The notes beneath the pieces were generated by a model that was not told the origin of the DNA, did no database searches, and saw only the letters and a program-made list of their open reading frames with translations. From positions 18,113-82,112 of the forward strand of contig CAJFHA010000004.1 of the NCBI GenBank assembly GCA_904378075.1: a stretch of 64,000 nt of DNA, read 5' to 3'. The stretch comes from Candidatus Gallimonas faecium (lineage in GTDB: Bacteria > Bacillota > Clostridia > Christensenellales > Borkfalkiaceae). How positions within the stretch are numbered: position 1 is the stretch's first letter; each line of letters begins with the position of its first letter. The position numbers and the translations under genes were made by a program. Below, piece by piece: positions 27,671 through 40,415 of this stretch.

Positions 27671-29334
27671 CAGAACAGACCTGTGATGACGCCGTTTTCA
27701 TCCACGTCGATCTTCTCGGCGGCGGGAACGGGCGGCAGCCCCGGCATGGTCAGGATATTGCCCGTGAACACGACGACGAAGCCCGCGCCCGCGGAGATCT
27801 TTACGCTGCGCACCGTGACGATGAAATGCTCGGGCGCGCCCAATTTTTTTGCATCGTCCGAGAAAGAGTACTGCGTCTTCGCCATACAGACAGGCGTCCT
27901 GCCGAAGCCGAGCGCCTCCAGCCGCGCGATGCCCTCCTCCGCTTCGGGCGTATACTCCACCCCGTCGCCGCCGTATACCTTTTTGACGATCGCGGCGATC
28001 TTCGCCTTGATGGGCATGGTCTCGTCGTAACAGTAGCGGAACTCACTTTTGGTCTCGCACAGCGCGACGACCGCCTTCGCAAGCGCTTCGCCCCCCTTTC
28101 CGCCCTCCGCCCAGACGGTGGAAAGCACGGTCTCGACGCCCAGCTTTTTGCATTCCTCCATGACGAGCGCGATCTCCGCGTCCGTATCGGTGGGGAAGCG
28201 GTTGAGCGCAACGACCGCGGGCAGACCGTATACTTCCTTCATGTTGCGCACATGGCGCAGAAGGTTGGGCAGTCCCGCTTCGAGTGCGGACAGATTTTCC
28301 TGCGAAAGGTCCGCCTTGGCAACGCCGCCGTGCATTTTGAGCGCGCGGACGGTCGCCACCACGACGCACGCCGCAGGCCTGAGCCCTGCAAAGCGGCACT
28401 TGATGTCGAGAAATTTTTCCGCACCGAGATCGGCGCCGAATCCCGCTTCCGTGACGACGTAATCGCCCAGCCGCAGCGCCGTGCGCGTCGCGACGACCGA
28501 ATTGCAGCCGTGCGCGATATTGGCGAACGGCCCGCCGTGCACGATGGCGGGCGTTCCCTCCAGCGTCTGTACAAGGTTTGGTTTCAACGCGTCCTTCAGG
28601 AGCGCGCACATGGCGCCCGCCGCCTTCAGATCGCCCGCGGTGACGGGCTTGCCCTCATAGGTATAGCCGACGACGATGCGCTCCAGCCGCGCCTTGAGAT
28701 CGGAGAGCGAAGTGGCAAGGCAGAGGATCGCCATGACCTCGCTGGCGACGGTGATCTCGAACCCGTCTTTCCGGGGAACGCCGTTCTTGCCGCCGCCCAG
28801 GCCGTCTTCCAGATAGCGGAGCTGACGGTCGTTCATGTCCACGCACCGTTTCCACGTGATGCGGTCCTTATCGATGCCGAGCGCATTCCCCTGGAAAATA
28901 TGGTTGTCGAGCATGGCGGCGAGCAGATTGTTTGCCGCGCCCACGGCGTGCGCATCCCCCGTGAAATGCAGGTTGATATCCTCCATGGGAACGACCTGCG
29001 CATAGCCGCCGCCCGCAGCGCCCCCCTTCACGCCGAATACGGGACCGAGCGAAGGCTCGCGCAGCGCCACCACGACCTTTTTGCCGATGCGGCGCATGCC
29101 GTCGGCAAGCCCGATGGTGGTGGTCGTCTTGCCCTCGCCCGCGGGTGTGGGCGTGATGGCGGTGACAAGGATGAGTTTGCCGTCCTTTCCCGCACGCTCC
29201 ATGACGGGCAGCCCGATCTTCGCCTTATACTTTCCGTAGTACTCGATGTCGTCCTCGCTCAGTCCGACGCTCTTCGCCACGTCGAGAATGGGCTTTAATT
29301 TTGCGCTCTGCGCGATCTCAATATCCGTCAGCAT
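27670..29334 (-). CDS. fhs: Formate--tetrahydrofolate ligase
   Basis: 554 aa. [17 protein letters not shown]-terminus and the [16 protein letters not shown]-loop. Confidence 0.95.
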   Translation of the reverse strand: MLTDIEIAQSAKLKPILDVAKSVGLSEDDIEYYGKYKAKIGLPVMERAGKDGKLILVTAITPTPAGEGKTTTTIGLADGMRRIGKKVVVALREPSLGPVFGVKGGAAGGGYAQVVPMEDINLHFTGDAHAVGAANNLLAAMLDNHIFQGNALGIDKDRITWKRCVDMNDRQLRYLEDGLGGGKNGVPRKDGFEITVASEVMAILCLATSLSDLKARLERIVVGYTYEGKPVTAGDLKAAGAMCALLKDALKPNLVQTLEGTPAIVHGGPFANIAHGCNSVVATRTALRLGDYVVTEAGFGADLGAEKFLDIKCRFAGLRPAACVVVATVRALKMHGGVAKADLSQENLSALEAGLPNLLRHVRNMKEVYGLPAVVALNRFPTDTDAEIALVMEECKKLGVETVLSTVWAEGGKGGEALAKAVVALCETKSEFRYCYDETMPIKAKIAAIVKKVYGGDGVEYTPEAEEGIARLEALGFGRTPVCMAKTQYSFSDDAKKLGAPEHFIVTVRSVKISAGAGFVVVFTGNILTMPGLPPVPAAEKIDVDENGVITGLF

Positions 29335-29393
29335 GTTCCTCTCCGTCCGTCTTCTTCCTTGCCGCCTTTTACAGGCGGCGCCCGGTCTCCCGA

Positions 29394-32300
29394 TCAGTTA
29401 AAATACTTCACCGCGCTTTCGAACAGCTTCATATCGTATTCGCCGGGGACGTTCCTGTAAAGCCCCGCGCCCTTGCGCTCGGAATGCCCCATCTTGCCGA
29501 ACACCCTGCCGTCCGGCGAGAGGATGCCCTCGATCGCCGCCGCGCTGCCGTTCGGATTGAAATGCACGTCCATGGTGGCGTTGTCCGAAAGATCGACGTA
29601 CTGCGTCATGATCTGACCGTTTTCCGCGAGCTTTTCAATGAGCGCGGGACTTGCCACAAATTTGCCCTCGCCGTGCGAGATCGGCACGGAGAATACCTCC
29701 CCTGCCTCGACGAGCGAAAGCCACGGCGACTGCACGCTTGCCACGCGCACGCGCACGATGCGCGACTGGTGGCGCGCAATGTTGTTATAGGTGAGCGTGG
29801 GGCAGAATTCGTCCGTATCGATGATCTTGCCGTACGGCACGAGCCCGAGCTTGATGAGCGCCTGGAACCCGTTGCAGATGCCGCCCATCAGCCCCTGTCT
29901 GTCGTCCAGCAGCCGCGCGACCTGTTCCCTGACGCGTTCGCCGCGGAAAAACGCGGTGATGAACTTGCCCGAACCGTCCGGCTCGTCGCCGCCCGAGAAT
30001 CCGCCGGGAATAAACACGATCTGCGAATTTGCCATCTTTGCGGCAAACTCTTCCGCCGCCTGCGCAACTTCCGCCGCCGTGCGGTTGCGGATGACGTAGA
30101 TCTCCGGCTCCGCGCCCGCATCTGCAAACGCCTTGGCGGTATCGTACTCGCAGTTGGTGCCCGGGAACACGGGAATGAGCACTCTGGGTTTGGCGAATTT
30201 TACCTCGCTCGCAAGCGCGCTGCGCGTGCGGAAGGTGAAGTTGCGCACCGCTTCCGCAGGCGTTGCGATATTGCAGGCATATACGGGCTCCAGCTTGTCC
30301 TCGTAAATTCTGAGCAGATCGGACAGGAAGAGCCGTTCGCCGCCCATCGAGATCGCGCCGAGCGCCGTCGTCTCGCCCAAAGGCGTTCCGACGGGCAGAT
30401 CCTCCGCAAGTTCGAGGATGAACGCACCGTACCGATAGCCGAAAATGTCCTCCGTCGAAACGCCGTCGGCATACCGGAACCCGACCATGTTGCCGAAGCA
30501 CATCTTCATGACGCCCTCGGCAATGCCGCCGAAGCCGGGCGTCCACACGGAGAGCGCACGCCCCGCCCGCAGCAACGAAGTCACTTTGGCGAACACGCTC
30601 ATCAGGGAAGCCGTGACGGGGAGCCCCGTCTCGTCATATTCGGGTGCGAGCAGCACGACCTTGTGTCCCGCCGCCTTGAATTCGGGAGAGACGACCTCGC
30701 CCGCCCTGCCGGTGGTGACCGCAAAGGAGACGAGCGTGGGCGGGACGTCGATATGCTCGAACGTACCGCTCATGGAGTCCTTGCCGCCGATGGCGGCGAT
30801 GCCCAGAGCCTTCTGCGCCTCGAACGCCCCCAGCAGCGCGGCGAGCGGCTGCCCCCAGCGCGCGGGATCATGCCCGGGCTTCAGGAAGTATTCCTGGAAA
30901 GAGAGGTATGTGTCCGCCGTGGATGCGCCGGAGGCAACGAGCTTCGCGACGCTCTCGACGACGGCGAGGTATGCCCCGTGATAGGGACTCTTTTCGGTGA
31001 TATAGGGATTTCCGCCCCATGCCATGTAGGAGACGGTGTCCGTATGTCCCTTTTCGACGGAGACAAGGTGCGCCATCGCCTGCGGCGGCGTGAGCTGATA
31101 CTTCCCGCCGAACGGCATTAAAACGGTGCCTGCGCCGATGGTAGAATCGAACCGCTCGGAAAGTCCGCGCTTGGAACAGACGTTGAGATCGCCCGCCAGA
31201 CGGCTGTAATTTTCGGCGAACGTACCCTTGACCTCGCGCTGCCATTCGCCGCACTTTGCGGGCGCAACGCTGATATGCTTTTCCGCGCCGTTGGAATTGA
31301 GAAATTCGCGCGAGACGTCCACGATGGTCCTGCCGTTCCAGCGCATGACGAGGCGGGGTTCCTCCGTGACGGAAGCGACGACGGTCGCCTCCAGATTTTC
31401 CTGTTCCGCGAGTTCGATGAACTTGTCCGCTTTATCCGCCTCCACGACGACCGCCATGCGCTCCTGCGATTCGGAGATGGCAAGTTCGGTGCCGTCCAGC
31501 CCGTCATACTTCTTGGGCACGGCGTTGAGATCGATGTCCAGCCCGTCGGCGAGTTCGCCGATGGCGACGGATACGCCGCCCGCGCCGAAATCGTTGCAGC
31601 GTTTGACGAGCAGCATCGCCTCCCGGTTGCGGAAGAGACGCTGCAGTTTGCGTTCTTCGGGCGCATTGCCCTTCTGTACTTCGGCGCCGCAGTGCGTGAG
31701 CGACTCGAGCGTATGCGACTTGGAAGAGCCCGTTGCGCCGCCGCATCCGTCGCGCCCCGTCCTGCCGCCCAGAAGGATGACCTTATCGCCGGGCGCGGGG
31801 ACCTCCCTGCGCACGTTTTCGGCGGGCGTCGCCGCGATGACCGCGCCGATCTCCAGCCGCTTTGCGACATAGCCGGGGTGATAGAGCTCGTCCACCTGCC
31901 CTGTAGCGAGACCGATCTGGTTGCCGTAGGAAGAATATCCCGCCGCCGCCGTGGTGACGATCTTGCGCTGCGGGAGCTTGCCCTTCATCGTGTCCCTGAC
32001 GGGAACGAGCGGATCGCCCGCGCCCGTGACGCGCATGGCGGCATAGACGTAGCTTCTGCCCGAAAGCGGATCGCGGATGGCGCCGCCGATGCAGGTCGCC
32101 GCGCCGCCGAACGGCTCGATCTCCGTCGGGTGATTGTGCGTCTCGTTCTTGAAGAGGAGCAGCCAGTCCTGCGGCTCGCCGTCCACGTCCACCTTGATCT
32201 TGACGGTGCAGGCGTTGATCTCCTCCGATTCGTCGAGTTTTTCCAGCATGCCGCGCTTTTTCAGCAATTTCGCGGCGATGGTGCCTACGTCCATGAGATT

Positions 32301-33083
32301 GACGGGCTTGGTCCTGCCGATCTCCTCGCGCGCGGCAAGATAGTCCTCGTACGCCTTCTGCAGCAGTTCGTCTTCAAAGGTGACGGAATCGATGGTCGTG
32401 AGGAAGGTGGTGTGGCGGCAGTGATCGGACCAATAGGTGTCGATCATGCGGATCTCCGTGAGCGTGGGATCGCGCCCCTCCTTCCGGAAATATTCCTGAC
32501 AGAACGCCGCGTCGTCCGCATCCATCGCAAGCTCATACTTGCCGACAAACGCGGCAAGCCCTTCCTCGTCCAGCTGCAAAAAGCCCGTGAGCGTGGGCAC
32601 TTCGGAGGGAACGGGATGGGAAATTTTCAGCGTTTCGGGAACGGCGAGCGACGCTTCCCGGCTCTCAACGGGGTTGATGACGTATTTTTTGATCGCCTCC
32701 AGCTCGTCCTCGGAGACCATGCCGTACACCGCGTACACCTTTGCGGTACGGATGACGGGACGCGGCTTCATGGAGATGAGCTGGATGCACTGCGCCGCCG
32801 AATCCGCGCGCTGATCGAACTGTCCGGGCAGATATTCCGCCGCGAACACGCGCGCCCCCGCAAGATCGACGCCCTCGGACGCGCTGTCCATCTGCGGCTC
32901 GGAAAATACCGTATGCACGCACTGCCGGAAGAGCGCTTCGTCAATGTCCTCCGCGTCGTAGCGGTTGAGGATGCGGATACGCGTCACGCCCGCAATGCCG
33001 AGAAGTTCCCTGACGTCCGAAAGAAGGGCGCGCGCCTCGTTGTCGAACCCCTCTCTCTTCTCCACATAGACTCTGTAGACCAT
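29394..33083 (-). CDS. purL: Phosphoribosylformylglycinamidine synthase, single-chain large form
   Basis: 1229 aa with PurS-like, PurL and C-terminal glutaminase regions ([10 protein letters not shown]). Confidence 0.93.
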   Translation of the reverse strand: MVYRVYVEKREGFDNEARALLSDVRELLGIAGVTRIRILNRYDAEDIDEALFRQCVHTVFSEPQMDSASEGVDLAGARVFAAEYLPGQFDQRADSAAQCIQLISMKPRPVIRTAKVYAVYGMVSEDELEAIKKYVINPVESREASLAVPETLKISHPVPSEVPTLTGFLQLDEEGLAAFVGKYELAMDADDAAFCQEYFRKEGRDPTLTEIRMIDTYWSDHCRHTTFLTTIDSVTFEDELLQKAYEDYLAAREEIGRTKPVNLMDVGTIAAKLLKKRGMLEKLDESEEINACTVKIKVDVDGEPQDWLLLFKNETHNHPTEIEPFGGAATCIGGAIRDPLSGRSYVYAAMRVTGAGDPLVPVRDTMKGKLPQRKIVTTAAAGYSSYGNQIGLATGQVDELYHPGYVAKRLEIGAVIAATPAENVRREVPAPGDKVILLGGRTGRDGCGGATGSSKSHTLESLTHCGAEVQKGNAPEERKLQRLFRNREAMLLVKRCNDFGAGGVSVAIGELADGLDIDLNAVPKKYDGLDGTELAISESQERMAVVVEADKADKFIELAEQENLEATVVASVTEEPRLVMRWNGRTIVDVSREFLNSNGAEKHISVAPAKCGEWQREVKGTFAENYSRLAGDLNVCSKRGLSERFDSTIGAGTVLMPFGGKYQLTPPQAMAHLVSVEKGHTDTVSYMAWGGNPYITEKSPYHGAYLAVVESVAKLVASGASTADTYLSFQEYFLKPGHDPARWGQPLAALLGAFEAQKALGIAAIGGKDSMSGTFEHIDVPPTLVSFAVTTGRAGEVVSPEFKAAGHKVVLLAPEYDETGLPVTASLMSVFAKVTSLLRAGRALSVWTPGFGGIAEGVMKMCFGNMVGFRYADGVSTEDIFGYRYGAFILELAEDLPVGTPLGETTALGAISMGGERLFLSDLLRIYEDKLEPVYACNIATPAEAVRNFTFRTRSALASEVKFAKPRVLIPVFPGTNCEYDTAKAFADAGAEPEIYVIRNRTAAEVAQAAEEFAAKMANSQIVFIPGGFSGGDEPDGSGKFITAFFRGERVREQVARLLDDRQGLMGGICNGFQALIKLGLVPYGKIIDTDEFCPTLTYNNIARHQSRIVRVRVASVQSPWLSLVEAGEVFSVPISHGEGKFVASPALIEKLAENGQIMTQYVDLSDNATMDVHFNPNGSAAAIEGILSPDGRVFGKMGHSERKGAGLYRNVPGEYDMKLFESAVKYFN

Positions 33084-34357
33084 TATCTGTCCTCCATTGC
33101 AGCCAACGCGCGCCTGCCGATGTCGCGGCGCATATAGGCGTTTTCAAAGTGAATTTTATCCGCAAGCGCATACGCGTGCGCGATCGCGTCCTTCAGGGTG
33201 TCCGCCGTGGCGACCGCGCCGAGCACTCTGCCGCCCGCAGTCAGCAGTCTGCCGTTCTCCAGCTTCGCCCCCGCAACGTAGATGTCCTCGTTCGCGCCCG
33301 GCTCGGGCATGGTGATGGGGAAACCCGTGTCATACTTCTTCGGATAGCCCTCGGACGCGAGCACGACGCAGCACGCCGCGCCCTTTTTGAAGCGCACCAT
33401 GTCCGCTTTCAGGCTGCCGCCGCGCACCGCGAGCATGATCTCCAGAAGATCGCTCATCAGAAGGGGCAGCACCACCTGCGTCTCGGGATCGCCGAAACGG
33501 CAGTTATATTCGATGACCTTGGGGCCGTCTTTGGTGAGCATCAGCCCGAAGTACAGACAGCCCTTGAAGGTGCGTCCTTCGGCGTTCATCGCGTTGATCG
33601 TGGGCAGGAAGATCTTCTGCATGCACGTTTCGGCGATCTCCTCCGTATAGTACGGGTTGGGCGCAACGGTACCCATGCCGCCCGTGTTCAGCCCTTCGTC
33701 GCCGTCCTTTGCGCGCTTGTGGTCCATGGAGGAGACCATGGGCACGACGATCTTGCCGTCCGTAAAGGAGAGCACGGAGACCTCGGGCCCCGTAAGGAAC
33801 TCTTCGACCAAAATCCTGTCGCCGCTCGCGCCGAACACCCTGTCCACCATCATTTCATTGACGGTCTTTTCCGCTTCTTCAAAGCTGTTTACGATGACCG
33901 CGCCCTTGCCGAGCGCAAGTCCGTCCGCCTTGATCACGGTGGGATAGGACGCCGTCTTCAGATAGGAGATCGCCGCGGCGGGATCGGTGAACGTCTCGCT
34001 TGCCGCGGTGGGGATGCCGTACTTCTTCATGAGATTTTTGGAGAAGACCTTGCTCCCTTCGATGACGGCCGCGTCCTTGGTGGGCCCGAAGCAGGGAACG
34101 CCGACGGCTTCCAGCGCGTCCACGCAACCGAGACAGAGCGGATCATCGGGCGTGACGACCGCGAAATCCACATTTTTCTCGCGCGCAAAGCGCACGATGC
34201 CGTCGATATCCGTCGCCTTCACGGGCACGCACTCCGCGTCCTGCGCGATGCCGCCGTTCCCGGGAAGCGCATAAATTTTTCCCGCGCGCCTGCTCTTTTT
34301 CAGCGCCTTGATGACGGCGTGTTCTCTGCCGCCGCCGCCGACTACCAGAATATCCAT
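33083..34357 (-). CDS. purD: Phosphoribosylamine--glycine ligase
   Basis: Track ORF 33083..34540; start MDILVVGGGGREHA at 34357. ATP-grasp architecture. Confidence 0.93.
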   Translation of the reverse strand: MDILVVGGGGREHAVIKALKKSRRAGKIYALPGNGGIAQDAECVPVKATDIDGIVRFAREKNVDFAVVTPDDPLCLGCVDALEAVGVPCFGPTKDAAVIEGSKVFSKNLMKKYGIPTAASETFTDPAAAISYLKTASYPTVIKADGLALGKGAVIVNSFEEAEKTVNEMMVDRVFGASGDRILVEEFLTGPEVSVLSFTDGKIVVPMVSSMDHKRAKDGDEGLNTGGMGTVAPNPYYTEEIAETCMQKIFLPTINAMNAEGRTFKGCLYFGLMLTKDGPKVIEYNCRFGDPETQVVLPLLMSDLLEIMLAVRGGSLKADMVRFKKGAACCVVLASEGYPKKYDTGFPITMPEPGANEDIYVAGAKLENGRLLTAGGRVLGAVATADTLKDAIAHAYALADKIHFENAYMRRDIGRRALAAMEDR

Positions 34358-34436
34358 AAAAATTCCCTCGTAAAAGAAATGCTTGCGCGCAAACCTGCTA
34401 AAAATGCAGGTTTGCGCGTCCGTTTTTGATGTCCGG

Positions 34437-35621
34437 TCAGTGATGGAACAGGCGCATGCCCGTGAACGCCATGACCATGTTATGGCTGTCCGCCGCCTCG
34501 ATGACGAGATCGTCCCGCACCGAGCCGCCCGGCTCCGCAACGTACGTCACGCCGCTTCTGTAGGCACGCTCGATATTGTCGGAGAACGGGAAGAACGCGT
34601 CGCTCCCCAGCGAGACGCCCTTGATCGTGGCAAGGTACGCCGCCTTTTCCTCCCGCGTGAAGGGCTCGGGACGGACGGCGAAATTTTTCTGCCATGCGCC
34701 TTCGGCAAGCACTTCGTCCGCATCATCGGAGAGGTACAGATCGATGATGTTGTTCTTTTCCGGTCTGCCTACCCCTTCCGCAAACTGCAGGGAGAGCACC
34801 TTTTCGTGCTGACGCAGATGCCAGAGGTCCGCCTTCTGCGCCGCAAGGCGGGTGCAGTGGATGCGCGACTGCTGTCCCGCGCCCACGCCGATCGCCTGTC
34901 CGTCCGTCGCAAAACAGACGGAATTGGACTGCGTGTATTTTAAGGTAATGAGCGAAATGATGAGGTCGATCGCCTTGTCCTCGGGCAGCTGCTTGTTCTT
35001 CGTCACGAGATTGCCGAGCGTGGCGCGGTCGATCTTATAATTGTTGCGCCCCTGTTCAAACGTGATGCCGAACACCTGCTTGCGCTCGATCTCGGCGGGA
35101 ACATAGGCAGGATCGATTTTGACGATGTTGTACGCTCCCTTCTTTTTGCCCTTCAGAATCTCGAGCGCCTTGGGAGAATAGGCGGGCGCAATGATGCCGT
35201 CGGAGACTTCGCGCGCGATGATCCGCGCCGTTACCTCGTCGCATTCATCGGACAGGGCGATCCAGTCGCCGAAGGAGGACATCCTGTCCGTTCCGCGCGC
35301 CCGTGCATAGGCGCAGGCGAGCGGGGAATCGTCAAGCCCCTCGATGTCGTCCACAAAGCAGGACTTTTTGAGCGCGGGCGAGAGCTTTTTGCCCACCGCC
35401 GCCGACGTGGGCGAGACGTGCTTGAAGCTGGTCGCCGCAGCCATACCCGTCGCCTCCTTCACCTCTTTGACGAGCTGCCAGGAATTGAAGGCGTCCAGAA
35501 AGTTGATATATCCGGGTCTTCCGTTCAAAATTTCTACGGGAAGGTCGCCGCCGTCCGCCATAAAGATGCGCGCGGGCTTCTGATTGGGATTGCACCCGTA
35601 TTTTAACTGAAATTCGTTCAT
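34437..35621 (-). CDS. purH: AICAR formyltransferase (PurH transformylase domain only)
   Basis: Track ORF 34437..35819; start MNEFQLKYGCNPNQ at 35621. 394 aa, ends ...FTGMRLFHH. No MGS-like IMP cyclohydrolase domain. Confidence 0.85.
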   Translation of the reverse strand: MNEFQLKYGCNPNQKPARIFMADGGDLPVEILNGRPGYINFLDAFNSWQLVKEVKEATGMAAATSFKHVSPTSAAVGKKLSPALKKSCFVDDIEGLDDSPLACAYARARGTDRMSSFGDWIALSDECDEVTARIIAREVSDGIIAPAYSPKALEILKGKKKGAYNIVKIDPAYVPAEIERKQVFGITFEQGRNNYKIDRATLGNLVTKNKQLPEDKAIDLIISLITLKYTQSNSVCFATDGQAIGVGAGQQSRIHCTRLAAQKADLWHLRQHEKVLSLQFAEGVGRPEKNNIIDLYLSDDADEVLAEGAWQKNFAVRPEPFTREEKAAYLATIKGVSLGSDAFFPFSDNIERAYRSGVTYVAEPGGSVRDDLVIEAADSHNMVMAFTGMRLFHH

Positions 35622-35776
35622 CGCTTTTTCTCCTGTCGTTGTGTACCGCCTCTTCCTTTCAAAAGAAGCAAGCAGCTGATGCCTCCGGCATCCATATTTG
35701 TGCCCGATTCCCGCGCGGGCAAAGCCGCGCCTTGCGCCGGCGCCGCGCTTCGTCACGATCCGAAAATTCCGGAAAC

Positions 35777-36496
35777 TTATTTCGTGAACTTGTTGATCAG
35801 CACATTCTCTTCCTGCCACGTTCTCAGCGTGACGGCGCGGCAGTAGAGCGAAATTTTATTGTCGGGATCGAGATTTTCCCAGATCTCGCGGGCAAATTCG
35901 TTGACGTCGTTGGGAATGGAGACGCGCTCCGGTTCGCCCATGAAGGTGGGCAGCGGGTTCCCGTCCTTTTCATAGGTGTGCAGGAAATGCCCCGTGCCGT
36001 TGACGGGCTCGTAATCGAACGTGAAACGGTTGCACTTTTCGCCCTTGCCGTCCGCGCTCTTCAGAATGGACATCTCATAGGTAAAACCGCCCTTTTTGAG
36101 ATGGATGATGCCGCTGATACGGGGCGTATAGTTGGGCGCGTCCGGCTCGAAAGTGCGCGTCTTCAGGGCACAGCGGAAACACTTGCCCATGTTCAGATAC
36201 TCTTCGATGGTATCCGTCTGATCGCCGTTGGTGACGATAATATCGTTCCCCACCCGCTTGACGGGCGAATAGATGATGAGGGAAGGATCTTCCACCTTGC
36301 TTGCATCGAACGGATAGATGGTGACGGCGTCCCCCTCTTCAACGAACACGCGGTTGCGGGAATTTTCGCTCCTGCCCATGATGAAGTAGGCGAACATCGC
36401 CTTTCTTCCGTCCGAACTCTTGCCGATGACGATTCCGCGCCCGGGATAGGAATTTCCCGCCAGCGCGCGCTTCATGCTCTTTCTTACGTAGCCCAT
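35777..36496 (-). CDS. purO: IMP cyclohydrolase, archaeal PurO-like type
   Basis: Track ORF 35777..36682; start MGYVRKSM at 36496 behind AAAGGAGAG. YPGRGIVIGKSSDGRKAMFAYFIMGRSENSRNR resembles PurO N-termini. Lies within the pur operon. Confidence 0.7.
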   Translation of the reverse strand: MGYVRKSMKRALAGNSYPGRGIVIGKSSDGRKAMFAYFIMGRSENSRNRVFVEEGDAVTIYPFDASKVEDPSLIIYSPVKRVGNDIIVTNGDQTDTIEEYLNMGKCFRCALKTRTFEPDAPNYTPRISGIIHLKKGGFTYEMSILKSADGKGEKCNRFTFDYEPVNGTGHFLHTYEKDGNPLPTFMGEPERVSIPNDVNEFAREIWENLDPDNKISLYCRAVTLRTWQEENVLINKFTK

Positions 36497-36539
36497 AATC
36501 TCTCCTTTGTAATTCAGTGATCGGCGCGGGAATGCCGTC

Positions 36540-37157
36540 TCAGGCATTTTCCCGCGAAAGCAACTCTTTGCAAACGGTCTCCACCGCCTGCGGCAGAATG
36601 ATCCACTCCGCCTCGCGCATGACGCGCTTTTGCAGGGTTTCGGGTGTGTCGCCCTCTTCGACGGCGACCGCCTTCTGCGCAATGATGGGACCGCCGTCGC
36701 AGACTTCGTTCACGTAATGCACCGTGGCGCCCGTCACCTTCACCCCGCGCGCAAGCGCCGCCTCGTGCACCTTCAGCCCGTAAAACCCGGGACCGCAGAA
36801 GCTCGGAATGAGGGAAGGATGCACGTTGATCATGCGCATCTCATACTGTCTGGTGAACGCTTCGCTCAGAATGGTCATAAACCCCGCAAGCACCACCAGC
36901 CCGATGCCGTTTTCTGCGAGCGCGGCGGAAATTTTCGCCTCCCGCTCGCGGCGGTCCGGGACTGCCTTTTTGTCGGCGACAAAGGTGGCGACGCCCGCCG
37001 CCTTCGCCCGTTCGAGCGCATAGGCGGACGCGTTGTCGGATACGACGAGCGCGATCTCCCCCGAGGGGATCTTTCCCGCCGCCTGCGCATCCAGGATCGC
37101 CTGCAGATTGGTACCGCCGCCCGAACAGAGGACGGCGACGCGGATCTTCCTCAGCAC
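36540..37157 (-). CDS. purN: Phosphoribosylglycinamide formyltransferase
   Basis: 205 aa with [19 protein letters not shown] and ATVHYV motifs. Confidence 0.92.
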   Translation of the reverse strand: MLRKIRVAVLCSGGGTNLQAILDAQAAGKIPSGEIALVVSDNASAYALERAKAAGVATFVADKKAVPDRREREAKISAALAENGIGLVVLAGFMTILSEAFTRQYEMRMINVHPSLIPSFCGPGFYGLKVHEAALARGVKVTGATVHYVNEVCDGGPIIAQKAVAVEEGDTPETLQKRVMREAEWIILPQAVETVCKELLSRENA

Positions 37158-38185
37158 AGCGTTACCCCGTCGCCCTTGACGATCTCGCCGAGGACGTACG
37201 CATCCTCGCCCTGCGCCTTCAGGACGGAGACCGCCCTGTCGGCGTCTTCTTTGGCGACGACGATGCTCATGCCGACGCCCATGTTGAAAGTATTAAACAT
37301 ATCGTGCTCGGAGATCTTCCCCGTCTTTTGGATAAGATCGAACACGGGCAGCACTTTGACGTCTGCCTTTCTGATCTTCACGCCCAGCCCCGCGGGAATG
37401 GAACGCGGCATATTTTCATAAAATCCGCCGCCCGTAATGTGAGAGATCCCCTTGACTGCGACCTCCCTGAGGAGCGCAAGCACGGGCTTTACATAGATTT
37501 TGGTGGGCGTGAGGAGCGTTTCTCCGAGGCCCTTCCCGCCAAGCTCGGCGACGGGCGCCGAAAGATCGCAGTGTTCTACGTCAAAGACCTTCCGCACGAG
37601 CGAGAATCCGTTGGAATGCACGCCCGAGGAGGGCAGCGCGAGCATCACGTCCCCTTCCTTCATTGCGGAATTGTCGATGACCTTCGACTGATCGACCACG
37701 CCGACCGCGAAGCCCGCAAGGTCGTATTCCTCCTCGGGCATGAGCCCGGGGTGCTCGGCCGTCTCGCCGCCGATGAGCGCACAGCCCGCGCGCACGCAGC
37801 CCTCCGCCACGCCGCCCACGATGGAGGCGATCTTTTCGGGAAAGTTCCTTCCGCAGGCGATATAGTCGAGGAAGAACAGCGGTTTCGCGCCGCAGCAAAC
37901 AATGTCGTTGACGCACATGGCAACGCAGTCGATGCCCACCGTGTCGTGCTTGTCCATGAGGAAAGCGAGTTTGATCTTGGTGCCCACGCCGTCCGTCCCG
38001 GAGACGAGCACGGGCTTTTCCATGCCCGCCATGTCCAGGGGGAACAGTCCGCCGAAGCCGCCGATGTCCGCCCTGCCCTCGGGCATGGTACGGGCGACGT
38101 GCTTTTTCATCAGCTCCACCGCCTGATAGCCCGCGGTGATGTCTACGCCCGCCGCCTTGTAGCTGTCCGAATAACTCTTGTCCAT
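37151..38185 (-). CDS. purM: Phosphoribosylformylglycinamidine cyclo-ligase (AIR synthetase)
   Basis: 344 aa. YKAAGVDI N-terminus and the DGVGTK motif. Confidence 0.93.
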   Translation of the reverse strand: MDKSYSDSYKAAGVDITAGYQAVELMKKHVARTMPEGRADIGGFGGLFPLDMAGMEKPVLVSGTDGVGTKIKLAFLMDKHDTVGIDCVAMCVNDIVCCGAKPLFFLDYIACGRNFPEKIASIVGGVAEGCVRAGCALIGGETAEHPGLMPEEEYDLAGFAVGVVDQSKVIDNSAMKEGDVMLALPSSGVHSNGFSLVRKVFDVEHCDLSAPVAELGGKGLGETLLTPTKIYVKPVLALLREVAVKGISHITGGGFYENMPRSIPAGLGVKIRKADVKVLPVFDLIQKTGKISEHDMFNTFNMGVGMSIVVAKEDADRAVSVLKAQGEDAYVLGEIVKGDGVTLC

Positions 38186-38206
38186 GTCGTTCTCCTTCTT
38201 GGGAAG

Positions 38207-39664
38207 TCAGTTCTCCTTGCGGAACTTGGGATTTTCACTGATCGGTCTGCCGGAGATGGGACGCTCGAACCGGTCCTTGCTCGGCTCCTTGGGGATCTCC
38301 GTGGGATACACGCCGTCGAAGCAGGCACAGCAGAACCCGCTGCCGTCGCCGCCCGCCAGAAGCCGCGCGTGTTCGATATCGAGATAGCCGACCGAATCCG
38401 CGCCGATGATCTTGGCGATCTCCTCCGTCGAATGGTGGCAGGCGATGAGATTTTCGCGCGAATCGATGTCCGTGCCGTAGTAGCAGGGATTGAGGAACTT
38501 GGGCGCGGAGGAAAGGAAATGCACCTCCGTGGCGCCCGCCTCGCGCAGCTGTCTGACGATGGGACGGCTGGTCGTACCGCGGACGATGGAATCGTCCACC
38601 AGGATGACGCGCTTGCCCCTGACCGCCGAAGCGATGACGTTGAGCTTGATCTTCACCTTGTCCTCGCGCACCTTCTGATCGGGCGCGATGAACGTTCTGC
38701 CGATATATTTGTTTTTCAGAAATCCGATGCCGTAGGGAATGCCGGACGCCTGCGCATAGCCGAGCGCCGCATCCAGTCCCGAGTCGGGAACGCCGACGAC
38801 GATATCGGCGTCGATCTTATACTTTTCCGCCAAAAACGCGCCCGCACGCTTTCTTGCGTCGTGCACGTAGCAGCCGTCGATCTCCGAATCGGGGCGGGCT
38901 GTATAGAAGTACTCAAACACGCAGAACGCCTTTTTGCCGCCGCAGTGCGAGGTGTCGTTCTTGATGCCGTCCTTGGTGATGACGAGCATCTCGCCCGGTT
39001 CGATCTCGCGCACCTTGTGCGCGCTGACCGCATTGAGCGCGCACGACTCGGACGCGATCAGATAGCTGCCGTCGTCGCGCTTGCCGAAGCAGAGCGGACG
39101 GAAGCCGTGAGGATCGCGCGCGGCGATGAGCTTGGAGGGAGACATGACGACGAGCGAATACGCCCCCTTGAGCCTGTCCATCGCGGCTAGCACCGCTTCC
39201 TCGATGGAACGCGCCTTGACGCGCTCCCTGGTGATGACGTAGGCGATGACCTCGGTATCCGAAGTGGTGTGGAAGATGCAGCCCTCGTTCTCCAGTTCCT
39301 CCCGCAGCTCGGTGGCGTTGATGAGGTTCCCGTTGTGCGCGAGCGCCATGTTTCCCTTCAGGTGATTGACGACGATGGGCTGCGCGTTCTCCCTGCCGCT
39401 CGTGCCCGTTGTGCCGTAGCGGACGTGCCCGATCGCCATGTTCCCCAGCCCGAGCTTTGCAAGCACGTCGGGCGTGAACACGTCGTTGACCAGTCCCACG
39501 TCCTTATAGGAAGAGAACACGCCGTCGTTGTTGACGACGATGCCCGCCGATTCCTGTCCCCTGTGCTGCAGGGCGAACAGAGCATAATATGCAGTGGACG
39601 CGACGTTCTGCGCTTCGGGCGCAAAGATGCCGAAGACGCCGCACTCCTCGTGGATCTCGTGCAT
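38207..39664 (-). CDS. purF: Amidophosphoribosyltransferase
   Basis: 485 aa. N-terminal ECGVFGIF (Ntn Cys), a PRTase motif (VILVDDSIVRGTT) and C-terminal Fe-S cysteines. Confidence 0.93.
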   Translation of the reverse strand: MHEIHEECGVFGIFAPEAQNVASTAYYALFALQHRGQESAGIVVNNDGVFSSYKDVGLVNDVFTPDVLAKLGLGNMAIGHVRYGTTGTSGRENAQPIVVNHLKGNMALAHNGNLINATELREELENEGCIFHTTSDTEVIAYVITRERVKARSIEEAVLAAMDRLKGAYSLVVMSPSKLIAARDPHGFRPLCFGKRDDGSYLIASESCALNAVSAHKVREIEPGEMLVITKDGIKNDTSHCGGKKAFCVFEYFYTARPDSEIDGCYVHDARKRAGAFLAEKYKIDADIVVGVPDSGLDAALGYAQASGIPYGIGFLKNKYIGRTFIAPDQKVREDKVKIKLNVIASAVRGKRVILVDDSIVRGTTSRPIVRQLREAGATEVHFLSSAPKFLNPCYYGTDIDSRENLIACHHSTEEIAKIIGADSVGYLDIEHARLLAGGDGSGFCCACFDGVYPTEIPKEPSKDRFERPISGRPISENPKFRKEN

Positions 39665-39670
39665 ACGGCG

Positions 39671-40384
39671 TTACTCCCCTTTCGTCACGCGCTTGAAGAT
39701 CTCTGCGTACGCGTCCTCAACGCCGCCCATATCGCGGCGGAATCTGTCCTTATCCAGCTTTTCGTTGGTCTTTGCGTCCCAGAAACGGCAGGTATCGGGC
39801 GAGATCTCGTCCGCAAGCACGATGGTGCCGTCGGGCAGGCGCCCGAACTCCAGCTTGAAGTCGATGAGCTTGACGCCCAGGTGAAGGAAATATGCCTTGA
39901 GCACTTCGTTCACCTTGAACGCATACTTTTCGATGGTTGCGATCTCTTCCTTGGTCGCAAGCTTCAAAGCAAGCGCGTGATAGGAATTGATCAGCGGATC
40001 GCCCAGATCGTCGTTCTTATAGGAGAACTCGATGGTCGGTTCGTCGAACACGATGCCCTCTTCCACGCCGTAACGCTTGGCGAAGGAGCCGGCGGACACG
40101 TTGCGGATGATGACTTCGAGGGGAACGATCTTCACCTTCTTGACAAGGGTATCCCTGTCGGAAAGTTCCTTGACGAAGTGGGTGGGAACGCCCGCCTTTT
40201 CCAAAAGCTGCATCAAGAGGTTGGTCATGCGGTTGTTGACCACGCCCTTGCCCGCAATGGTGCCCTTTTTGAGCCCGTTGAACGCGGTGGCGTCGTCCTT
40301 GTACGAGACGATGCACAGGTTTTCATCCGTGGTGGCATACACTTTTTTCGCTTTGCCTTCATAGAGCTGAACGGTCTTTTCCAT
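39671..40384 (-). CDS. purC: SAICAR synthase
   Basis: Track ORF 39671..40447; start [16 protein letters not shown] at 40384. Confidence 0.92.
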   Translation of the reverse strand: MEKTVQLYEGKAKKVYATTDENLCIVSYKDDATAFNGLKKGTIAGKGVVNNRMTNLLMQLLEKAGVPTHFVKELSDRDTLVKKVKIVPLEVIIRNVSAGSFAKRYGVEEGIVFDEPTIEFSYKNDDLGDPLINSYHALALKLATKEEIATIEKYAFKVNEVLKAYFLHLGVKLIDFKLEFGRLPDGTIVLADEISPDTCRFWDAKTNEKLDKDRFRRDMGGVEDAYAEIFKRVTKGE

Positions 40385-40415
40385 AACTGTATCTCCTTTT
40401 TTCTTCTGAAAATTG